From an uncultured Candidatus Saccharibacteria bacterium (GTDB lineage: Bacteria; Patescibacteriota; Minisyncoccia; Phycocordibacterales; SBAW01), in the NCBI GenBank assembly GCA_964360085.1, contig CAYHVJ010000002.1, forward strand, positions 1 through 35,416: a stretch of 35,416 bases of DNA, given 5' to 3'. Both the position numbers and the translations under genes were made by a program. The number at the start of each line of letters is the position of its first letter. Position 1 is the first letter of the stretch. Below the pieces are notes generated by a model. It worked only from the letters and a program-made list of their open reading frames with translations. It was not told where the DNA came from and ran no database searches. This document shows positions 1 through 6,890 of the stretch, piece by piece.

Positions 1-36
1 GGTAGCCAAATTTTGGGGGAGTGGTAGGCTGGGAGT

Positions 37-639
37 ATGAAAAGCGCCCTTATCACTTTGGTTGCAGCTATTATTTTAGGCGGAGCGGGGTTTTATGCGT
101 GGAAGGCTTTTAGCCCTGAACCACAGCCGTCAGCGCCCGTGGTTGTAGAGGAGACGCGCAACACCTACGCCACCTCCACCTACTCGGTCAAATATCCGGG
201 CAACTTTATTCTCAACGCGCCGTTCGCTTACGGCGCGTTCGGCCCAAAGAAACCCATCTACGGGGTCAAGTTTATAATCCCCAGCACTGTTGCCACCGGC
301 ACCAACCTCTCCGCAGACAGCGGAGTCTCGGTGGAACAGCTCCCGCGCGCCAAAAACTGCACCGGCGACATCTACCTTTTGGCCAGCGTCACCGCGTACG
401 AAGTAATCGAAAACGGCACCGAGTACTCGTTTGCGAGCTCCACGGGCGCCGCCGCGGGCAACCTGTACGAAGAGCAGGTATACGCGCTCGCCACCAGCTC
501 GCCTTGCACGGCGGTGCGGTACTTTATCCACTCGACCAACATAGGCAACTACCCGGCGGGCATGGTGCGCGAGTTTGACCGCGCGGCGCTCCTCTCCACC
601 TTCGACAAAATCCGACAATCTTTGGTATCTGGCATGTAA
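37..639 (+). CDS. hypothetical protein with N-terminal membrane anchor
   Basis: 200-aa ORF. The N-terminus MKSALITLVAAIILGGAGFYAW is a single hydrophobic helix followed by a Pro-rich linker. A TGgTAGGCT box lies at 22-30, 6 nt before the ATG. No family recognised. Confidence 0.55.
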   Translation: MKSALITLVAAIILGGAGFYAWKAFSPEPQPSAPVVVEETRNTYATSTYSVKYPGNFILNAPFAYGAFGPKKPIYGVKFIIPSTVATGTNLSADSGVSVEQLPRAKNCTGDIYLLASVTAYEVIENGTEYSFASSTGAAAGNLYEEQVYALATSSPCTAVRYFIHSTNIGNYPAGMVREFDRAALLSTFDKIRQSLVSGM

Positions 640-714
640 ACCACCCCTATTCCCAAACAGCAAAATTCATGGGATACTCACGCCAGATGATGTAGTAGGC
701 AATGGGAGGGCACA

Positions 715-1362
715 ATGCGGGTACTCAAGTGTGTTGTCTTTACGGCGCTTTGTTACTTCTTGGCGACAACTTCTGCGGCAATGGCCGGAGGGCGCGTCGC
801 TCTCTCGTTTGACGACGGGCCCGACGCCAGCCTTACACCGCGGCTGCTTGACATCCTTCGGGATGCGCGGGTAACAGCCACATTCTGCCTGGTTGGCAGA
901 CGCGTCGTACAACATCCTGACATAGTCCGGCGGATACACGCGGAGGGCCACGAGCTGTGCAACCACAGCTGGAGCCATCCGGTGCTTACCGGCGGCAATG
1001 TCGGGCCGGAAATATCCAAAACCGACGCGGTTATCCGCGCGGCGACGGGTACGGTACCGGCAATCTTGCGCGCTCCGTACGGAGCAACAGGCTCGGTCGG
1101 CCAATGCCACAGCGGAAGGCCGTTTGTCGGGTGGGGAGGCACGGGCGACACGATGGACTGGCGCTACCGCAATGCGGGACGCGTCACCAGCGTCGCGGTA
1201 AGGGTGCACTCGGATGAAATCGTGCTTATGCACGACATCCACGCCACCTCTGTTGCGGCGGTGCCCGGCATCATTGCAGGGCTCCGCGCGCGCGGAATGT
1301 CGTTTGTCCACGCCTCGTCGCTTTGGAAGCACCGATGCGCCGCGCGCATCGCGGGCAAATAA
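715..1362 (+). CDS. polysaccharide deacetylase (NodB / CE4 homology domain), secreted
   Basis: Signal-like N-terminus. NodB motifs LSFDDGPD and HSWSHP, followed by LRAPYG and ...VLMHD. GGGAGGG lies upstream of the ATG. Confidence 0.8.
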   Translation: MRVLKCVVFTALCYFLATTSAAMAGGRVALSFDDGPDASLTPRLLDILRDARVTATFCLVGRRVVQHPDIVRRIHAEGHELCNHSWSHPVLTGGNVGPEISKTDAVIRAATGTVPAILRAPYGATGSVGQCHSGRPFVGWGGTGDTMDWRYRNAGRVTSVAVRVHSDEIVLMHDIHATSVAAVPGIIAGLRARGMSFVHASSLWKHRCAARIAGK

Positions 1363-1368
1363 ACAAGG

Positions 1369-1392
1369 CCCCGCCATTTGGCGGGGTTTTTT
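1369..1392 (+). terminator. rho-independent terminator after the deacetylase gene
   Basis: CCCCGCC-attt-GGCGGGG hairpin followed by TTTTTT. Confidence 0.7.
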
Positions 1393-1435
1393 CTTGCCTG
1401 TTTCTTCATAATCGCCGGGTGTATAATGAGCGGTA

Positions 1436-1879
1436 ATGAACAAAACTATTCCCGTACTACTTGTCGTATTAGTCGCCGCGGGCCTCGGCGCGTGGTGGCA
1501 GTTTGCCCCACAGCAAGCCGCGCAAGACTCCGGCAACGCTGTGCAGAAAGCAAATTTTATACGCCTCACTGCTCCGCAGCCCAACAGTGTTGTCAGCAGC
1601 CCGCTTGTTTTGACAGGAGAGGCGCGGGGCTATTGGTACTTTGAGGCAAGCTTCCCGATATTTCTTGTCGACTGGGACGGCAAAATAATCGCGCAGGGTA
1701 TTGCCACTGCAAAAGATAATTGGATGACAGAGGAGTTTGTGCCGTTTGAGGCAGAGCTCACATTTGCGCCCGACCCGAACGTATACAGCAACCGCGGAGC
1801 GCTGATATTAAGAAAAGACAACCCATCCGGCCTCCCCGAGCACGACGACGCCCTAGAGATACCGGTCATTATTAAGTAA
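1436..1879 (+). CDS. membrane-anchored Gmad2 immunoglobulin-like domain protein
   Basis: N-terminal TM helix. The pattern SSPLVLTGEARGYWYFEASFPIFLVDWDGKIIAQG...WMTEEFVPFEAELTF is typical of the Gmad2 Ig-like domain. Confidence 0.6.
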   Translation: MNKTIPVLLVVLVAAGLGAWWQFAPQQAAQDSGNAVQKANFIRLTAPQPNSVVSSPLVLTGEARGYWYFEASFPIFLVDWDGKIIAQGIATAKDNWMTEEFVPFEAELTFAPDPNVYSNRGALILRKDNPSGLPEHDDALEIPVIIK

Positions 1880-1892
1880 CGCAGAAATTTAT

Positions 1893-2153
1893 ATGGCTAA
1901 TCAAAAAAAGGTGGGGCTCGTGTTCGGGGCGATGGTAGGGGGCTTGCATGTGCTGTGGTCTATCCTCGTGTTACTCAACTGGGCACAGCCGCTCTTAGAC
2001 TTTAGCCTCTGGGCGCACATGGTTCATATTCCCGTTATCATCGGCCCGTTCGAGGCAACCGCGGCGGCTACCGTCATAATCATTGCCGCTTGTGTCGGGT
2101 ATGTGGTGGGCTACGCAGGAGCGACGGTCTGGAACCGCATCCACCGCGCGTAA
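1893..2153 (+). CDS. small integral membrane protein (2-3 TM), unknown function
   Basis: 86-aa hydrophobic ORF with backbone composition. No family recognised. Confidence 0.5.
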   Translation: MANQKKVGLVFGAMVGGLHVLWSILVLLNWAQPLLDFSLWAHMVHIPVIIGPFEATAAATVIIIAACVGYVVGYAGATVWNRIHRA

Positions 2154-2533
2154 GTATTGGCATGAAAAGTGTGTATGCAGAAACCGGCATAGGGAACGGC
2201 TCATTTTTCTCGACCGAGATAGAGGAAGGGGACAGCGAGTAATGAGTCGGTGTAGCTAAATCCTCCCGCCCAGCAGTAATAACCATGAAATACAGCTCTT
2301 TTTAACAACTTTTCACGATTATGGCCAGCATTTTAGTGAAAACTTCGGCATCGCTGGCTTCGAACTCAGTAGTTAACTACGTAATTAACCCAATAATAAA
2401 AAAGCCCCCGGCAGGGACGAGCCCTACAAGGGTCTTTTTCGTAGTGATACCGATATGTTACCGCCTCTCAACTGAAGAGTCAATGAGTTGTGGACGAGGC
2501 CAAATCCCTTATTTTTAGAGGTACAATCTAGCC

Positions 2534-2728
2534 ATGGCCAGACCCAAAGCAACCTCCGGCAAAAAGCAGGTCCGCAAGCTCACCAAAGTGGGCGGCGGTG
2601 CGTCCTACAGCCTCGCGCTCCCGGTGGAAATAATAAGAAAATTTAAGTGGAAAGAGAAGCAAAAACTCACAGTCACTGTAGACCTCAAAAACAAAAAACT
2701 AATAATCCGCGACTGGAAGGGGAGGTAG
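2534..2728 (+). CDS. AbrB/MazE/SpoVT-family DNA-binding protein (antitoxin-like), no adjacent toxin
   Basis: 64 aa. KVGGGASYSLALPVEIIRKFKWKEKQKLTVTVD...LIIRD matches the swapped-hairpin SpoVT/AbrB pattern. Confidence 0.7.
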   Translation: MARPKATSGKKQVRKLTKVGGGASYSLALPVEIIRKFKWKEKQKLTVTVDLKNKKLIIRDWKGR

Positions 2729-2729
2729 G

Positions 2730-2758
2730 TTGCAATTTTATTTCAACTGTGATATATT
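2730..2758 (+). promoter_or_regulatory. sigma70-like promoter (TTGCAA-17 nt-TGaTATATT)
   Basis: -35 TTGCAA at 2730-2735, a 17-nt spacer, and an extended -10 TGa+TATATT at 2753-2758. It starts 2 nt after the AbrB-like stop codon. Confidence 0.45.
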
Positions 2759-2874
2759 GAAAATAGAAAGTCGAAAATTCGAAAACTAAACATCGGGGGT
2801 TACGCCAACCGTTACAACGCTACGCATAACCATCACCACCCTCGAGCCACCTACTAAATAAAATTAGAGCGAAG

Positions 2875-2909
2875 ACCCGAGGAAGTTAATAAGCTTTTTC
2901 GGGTTTTTG
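2875..2909 (+). terminator. intrinsic terminator or attenuator hairpin 45 nt upstream of the 2955 ORF
   Basis: ACCCGAGGAAG-ttaataag-CTTTTTCGGGT stem (with G-U pairs) followed by TTTTT. Confidence 0.55.
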
Positions 2910-2954
2910 CTTTCTTGGTCGAACCTTATCAAGAAATTCATAAACATACAGCAT

Positions 2955-3242
2955 ATGAATCTCTATCTAATTGCTTATAGACTTGCGCGTCCGGGCCAAA
3001 ATTACGAGGCTCTCTACGCCGACATACGGTCACTTTCAGGCACCTACTGGCACAACACCACCTCTTCTTGGTTGGTGGAAAGTAGCCTATCGGCGAAACA
3101 GGTCTATAGTAACCTCAGCCGACATCTTGATGGTAACGACGAGATTGTCGTCTTCAAATTGGGAGGCGAGTTTTACGGGCAACTTCAGCCAAGTGACTTG
3201 GAGTGGCTAAGTGCTCGGACAGGTTTGTGGGTCAGCGTGTAG
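2955..3242 (+). CDS. hypothetical 95-aa protein with alternating beta/alpha pattern (ferredoxin-like, Cas2-like look; unverified)
   Basis: MNLYLIAYRL..YEALYADIRSL..WHNTTSSWLVES..SAKQVYSNLSRHL..DEIVVFKL reads as a beta-alpha-beta-alpha-beta pattern. I placed the start at the internal ATG 2955 of ORF 2907-3242. A strong terminator follows the gene. Confidence 0.5.
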   Translation: MNLYLIAYRLARPGQNYEALYADIRSLSGTYWHNTTSSWLVESSLSAKQVYSNLSRHLDGNDEIVVFKLGGEFYGQLQPSDLEWLSARTGLWVSV

Positions 3243-3256
3243 GGGCTCTCCTTGCA

Positions 3257-3290
3257 ACACAAAACCCGCCCTCCAGGGCGGGTTTTGTGT
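3257..3290 (+). terminator. strong rho-independent terminator
   Basis: ACACAAAACCCGCCC-tcca-GGGCGGGTTTTGTGT is a 15-bp perfect stem. Confidence 0.75.
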
Positions 3291-3295
3291 TAATG

Positions 3296-3322
3296 GCTAA
3301 ATTTTTCATATTTGATAGGCTT
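3296..3322 (+). repeat. 27-nt upstream element, copy 1 (before the 4-TM gene)
   Basis: GCTAAATTTTTCATATTTGATAGGCTT matches 4012-4038 at 24/27. It contains TGaTAGGCT 7 nt before ATG 3329. Confidence 0.7.
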
Positions 3323-3328
3323 TTAATC

Positions 3329-4012
3329 ATGGAAAAGAGAAGTGCATCAAATTTTTCTGACACCGAACTCCTTCAGATTGGTAAAACAAACCAAGAGTTG
3401 TCACGACAGATTCGAAGTGTCTTCAAACAGGGAATAGAGGGTATGTATTACGACATGGGCCAGGTTCAAAGAATATTGGCAGAGTTTACTGCACGAGGGG
3501 CAACTTTGATGACAGTGGCCAGCCTGTTTGCGATTCTCCCGGTTACCATGGGATATGAAAAGGTCTACTTGGCTTATTTTTTGATGTGGACATTCCCTTT
3601 CCTTTTAGTTTCCATAATATTTTTTTATCTTTCCTCTAAGAGGGCAAATATTACAAGATCAGGGAGTCTCCTTATTCCAGAAGGGTTGCCGGAAGAGCTT
3701 GTACTACTAAGGGCCCACTTTGTGGGTCTTGAAGAAATCTGCCGACAACAATATTCTTTATATCAAGAATCGCTCATATATTATCGATATAGTTCGACCG
3801 CAGTCTATAGTTATGTTATTTCTTTTGTACTAAATTATTATTTCTTTGTCTTTTTTGGAGAGCCTCCCCTTTTCTTTGCGATGATGGTTTTCGTCTTTTG
3901 TTGGGGGTTCGGAGTATACCTCATATGGTTGAGAGAAAAAGGGTCTCAAAGTAAAGCCTTCGGATCTTCTTTTTTCGAACCCGATAAGGAAAACCAAACT
4001 CCGAGTAGGTAG
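3329..4012 (+). CDS. hypothetical 4-TM membrane protein with about 50-aa soluble N-terminus
   Basis: Four hydrophobic helices: ATLMTVASLFAILPVTMGY, VYLAYFLMWTFPFLLVSIIFFYL, AVYSYVISFVLNYYFFVFFG and PLFFAMMVFVFCWGFGVYLIWL. An alternative start is ATG 3293. The 3203 start crosses the terminator and was rejected. Confidence 0.6.
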   Translation: MEKRSASNFSDTELLQIGKTNQELSRQIRSVFKQGIEGMYYDMGQVQRILAEFTARGATLMTVASLFAILPVTMGYEKVYLAYFLMWTFPFLLVSIIFFYLSSKRANITRSGSLLIPEGLPEELVLLRAHFVGLEEICRQQYSLYQESLIYYRYSSTAVYSYVISFVLNYYFFVFFGEPPLFFAMMVFVFCWGFGVYLIWLREKGSQSKAFGSSFFEPDKENQTPSR

Positions 4013-4038
4013 CTAAATCCTTCATATTTGGTAGGCTT
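4012..4038 (+). repeat. 27-nt upstream element, copy 2 (before the 377-aa gene)
   Basis: GCTAAATCCTTCATATTTGGTAGGCTT contains TGgTAGGCT 10 nt before ATG 4048. Confidence 0.7.
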
Positions 4039-4047
4039 GAGTAACTT

Positions 4048-5181
4048 ATGGAAGTCTTGTTAAAAAGACTTGGTATTTCTGTCGAACATTTAAAGTGTCT
4101 CGATGAAGTATTTCGCGCTAACTCCCCTCTGTACAACCAGATGGAGATAAATATGACACGCGAGCTAGGTACCTATATGGATGAGATTGGCAGGGAACTG
4201 TATGCGGGGGGTAAACAGACCAGAGGAAATCCGACGCTAGCTCGTCAGATGATACTCGGCGATGTAGTTGAATATATTTTTACGGGTAGAGCGTACTATC
4301 ATGCCGCTCGCTCGGAGGATAATTTTAGAAATTTTTCTAAATTAGTACTCTATTGTGTAAATCAGCTCTTACTCTTAGACACCATTACAATAAATCCACA
4401 GCTCCGCCGCGCATATATAGAAAAACTTGAAGAAGTCATTCCTCTCGATGTGTTGTATGAAAAGGAAGGGGATAGAGATTTGGCAGAAGCACTTAAGACC
4501 TCTACTTTGCTTATCCGCCAAGCGGGCTGGGATCCATACGACACCTTTGTTGACTCTCTCCTTCCTAAAACCTTGGGTTGTCCCAAAGAGCTCGTAGTTT
4601 TTTTGGAACTTATTCGTCTCAAGAAAGGACTTATTATTCCGTTATTGCTCATTCAACGACTTTTTGGCGGCGGGAAGAAAATGGCACCACCCGATTTTCT
4701 TATCTTAAAGAGGAACAGAGAGAGTTTCGGTATCGAAGTTGGCTACGAAAAAGAAAAGCAGGGGAGGGAGTTTTCCATACAGACCTCGATTCCAACATTT
4801 GCAGTTGATTTAAAAAATCACATGCATAACCGTTGTCCTAAATGTGGAGCGAATATTTTATATTGTGATTCAGTTATCAGAAAATACGCGGACGGGACAC
4901 TGTGGGGTGAGTTGGATACGGAAGGGAGATACCGTTGCGGGCAGGATTGCCAAAATTTTGATGGAACTATATGTAGATTTTCTAATTACTACGGCAAGTA
5001 TCGCGGCCGGTGCTTCTATGGCACCCAAGAAGCGGGGGACGATCGAAAAGATATGCATTATCATGCTACTTGCGTGTTAGACGACAGTTATATTTTTCGT
5101 AATAAAGAGAGGCCAATCCGAGAACATATAGGAGATTTTTTCTGTCAAATTCCTGAAATAGAGGACATCTCTAGCCTATAG
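4048..5181 (+). CDS. hypothetical 377-aa protein: helical N-domain, PD...E nuclease-like segment, Cys-rich C-terminus
   Basis: APPDFLILKRNRESFGIEVGYEK (P215-D216...E230) resembles a PD-(D/E)xK core, but the ExK is not canonical. There are 9 Cys in the last 115 aa, including CPKC-x6-C and C-x3-C-x7-C. No family recognised. Confidence 0.6.
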   Translation: MEVLLKRLGISVEHLKCLDEVFRANSPLYNQMEINMTRELGTYMDEIGRELYAGGKQTRGNPTLARQMILGDVVEYIFTGRAYYHAARSEDNFRNFSKLVLYCVNQLLLLDTITINPQLRRAYIEKLEEVIPLDVLYEKEGDRDLAEALKTSTLLIRQAGWDPYDTFVDSLLPKTLGCPKELVVFLELIRLKKGLIIPLLLIQRLFGGGKKMAPPDFLILKRNRESFGIEVGYEKEKQGREFSIQTSIPTFAVDLKNHMHNRCPKCGANILYCDSVIRKYADGTLWGELDTEGRYRCGQDCQNFDGTICRFSNYYGKYRGRCFYGTQEAGDDRKDMHYHATCVLDDSYIFRNKERPIREHIGDFFCQIPEIEDISSL

Positions 5182-5191
5182 TTTTCTACGT

Positions 5192-5219
5192 TATCCACAC
5201 AACTTGTGTATGTTGTGTA
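5192..5219 (+). promoter_or_regulatory. upstream element shared with lexA (TTGTGTA tandem)
   Basis: TATCCACACAACTTGTGTATGTTGTGTA aligns with 12644-12670 TATCCCCAAACTTGTGTATATTGTGTA at about 24 matches in 28 columns with one gap. The core AACTTGTGTATRTTGTGTA matches 18/19. Confidence 0.55.
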
Positions 5220-5251
5220 TTTACATCAAATATTAGGTGTAAAATACACAT

Positions 5252-6844
5252 ATGGGGGATAATTACATCATGTCGCTCGTTTCGATTCCAGAGGCTTCTA
5301 AATGGGCATCTAGTCACCTCAAGAGAGAGGTTTCGCCCACTAATATTTCTTACCTCGTCCAATACGGGAAGGTTAAAAAACATGGCGAAAATGGTTCCAC
5401 AATGGTACATCTCGACGACCTTAAGAAATACTACGCTTCGTATACAGGCTCGCGAGAGTTGAGTTGGAAAAGTAAGCTAGGAAATGATTTAAATTGGGCA
5501 CTATCCTTTGATAATTTACGCGAAAAAGATACGACCAAGCATGTACATCGGTTGCATCCTTATAAGGGAAAGTACATCCCTCAGCTTGTAGAGTATTTTT
5601 TGGGGGAAACCATTGATGATTTTAAGAAGGGAACCTACTTTAAGACCGGGGATATTGTTCTAGATCCATTTCTGGGCTCGGGTACTACGGTAATTCAGTC
5701 ACTCGAGATGGGTATTCACAGTGTTGGTATAGATGTCTCTGAGTTCAATTGCATGATTGCAAGCGTAAAAGCTTCTCACTACGACTCCGACTATTTGCGC
5801 GCGGCAGTTCAAAAAATGCTTAACTCTCTAGAGTCTTTTGAGGATGATAACAAAATTGAGGAATTTGAGATTGAGCTTCTGTCTGAGCTTTCCGTGTTTA
5901 ATAATAAGCATTTTCCGGGTCATGATTTTAAATACAAATTAAACCAAGGCAACATAAAAGAAAGCATATTGGGCACAGAAAAAGAGAAAGTATTTCTTCC
6001 TACATACAATAAACTGGTAAAAAAATACTCAATTGTTTTAAATCAGAAGGACTCCGATTCCTTTTTGGATAAATGGTACTTATTTAATGTTCGTCGAGAG
6101 ATAGACCATGTGTTCGAGGCTATTAAAAAAGAGAAGGATGTCAAAACACGTAAAATTCTAGGTCTCATTTTGAGCAGGACAATACGTTCATGCCGAGCCA
6201 CCACTCATAGTGACTTAGCAACTCTTAAAGAGCCCCAAGTTACAACTTACTACTGTTTTAAGCATAAAAAGATTTGTAAGCCCCTCTTCTCTATCAAAAC
6301 AATGCTTAATCGCTATGCCGTCGATACTGCCGGCCGCATTGATGAGTTCAAAAAACTACGCAAACCCGCGCACTTCTCTATTTTAAAAGGGGATTCTCGC
6401 AAGGTGGATATTTTTGCTGGTACTGAAAAAACAAACAAAGAGTTTTCAAAAATCTTGAAAAAACAAAAAATTGCAGGAATATTCTGCTCCCCGCCGTATG
6501 TAGGTCAAATAGACTACCATGAGCAACATGCCTACGCGTACGACCTCCTAGGTTTTAAACGACATGATGACTTGGAAATCGGCCCTTTGTATAAAGGTCA
6601 GGGTCTCGAAGCACGGCAATCATATGTGCAAGGGATAGCAGATGTTCTAAACAACTGCAAGAAGTTTTTCAAAGAGGATTATGATGTATTTCTGGTTGCG
6701 AATGATAAATACAATCTCTATCCGCAAATTGCTGAAAAATCAGGCATGAAAATTGTAAACCAATTCAAGCGCCCAGTACTAAACCGCACCGAAAGGGATC
6801 GTACCCCATATTCAGAAATTATCTTTCACTTCAAATCCTCGTAG
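5252..6844 (+). CDS. site-specific DNA amino-methyltransferase (SPPY motif IV; probably N4-cytosine, possibly N6-adenine)
   Basis: Motif X/I is HPYKGKYIPQLV...GDIVLDPFLGSGTT (aa 138-146, nt 5663-5689). Motif IV is FCSPPY (aa 413-416, nt 6488-6499). About 265 aa lie between them, which is the alpha-class order with a putative TRD. An alternative start is ATG 5270. Confidence 0.85.
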   Translation: MGDNYIMSLVSIPEASKWASSHLKREVSPTNISYLVQYGKVKKHGENGSTMVHLDDLKKYYASYTGSRELSWKSKLGNDLNWALSFDNLREKDTTKHVHRLHPYKGKYIPQLVEYFLGETIDDFKKGTYFKTGDIVLDPFLGSGTTVIQSLEMGIHSVGIDVSEFNCMIASVKASHYDSDYLRAAVQKMLNSLESFEDDNKIEEFEIELLSELSVFNNKHFPGHDFKYKLNQGNIKESILGTEKEKVFLPTYNKLVKKYSIVLNQKDSDSFLDKWYLFNVRREIDHVFEAIKKEKDVKTRKILGLILSRTIRSCRATTHSDLATLKEPQVTTYYCFKHKKICKPLFSIKTMLNRYAVDTAGRIDEFKKLRKPAHFSILKGDSRKVDIFAGTEKTNKEFSKILKKQKIAGIFCSPPYVGQIDYHEQHAYAYDLLGFKRHDDLEIGPLYKGQGLEARQSYVQGIADVLNNCKKFFKEDYDVFLVANDKYNLYPQIAEKSGMKIVNQFKRPVLNRTERDRTPYSEIIFHFKSS

Positions 6845-6890
6845 AGTCCTTCCGTAGACGACAGCATGGTTAGGTGTTAGCGTATAGCTC

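Noticed and set aside
130-1584. Minus-strand ORFs 130-663 and 667-1584
   Set aside because: They are shadow frames of the + strand membrane protein and the polysaccharide deacetylase. Their Arg/Ala-rich composition fits that reading, and no motifs were seen.
2160-2530. Possible SRP RNA, tmRNA or tRNA-like att site in the 370-bp non-coding gap
   Set aside because: The gap contains GGTGTAGCT and GAGGAAGGGGACAGC strings and a GGCTCATT/AATGAGTC stem. I could not build the SRP domain IV helix (no ...GGUCC-GGAA-GGAAGCAGC... arrangement). I found no tmRNA acceptor/T-arm and no tag reading frame. The gap remains unexplained, and an Infernal scan would settle it.
3203-3328. Upstream extension of the 4-TM ORF (start 3203), and the 2907 start of gene A
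   Set aside because: The 3203 start overlaps gene A and reads through the 3257-3290 terminator stem. The 2907 start lies within the T-run of the 2875-2909 terminator. Internal ATGs give coherent genes.
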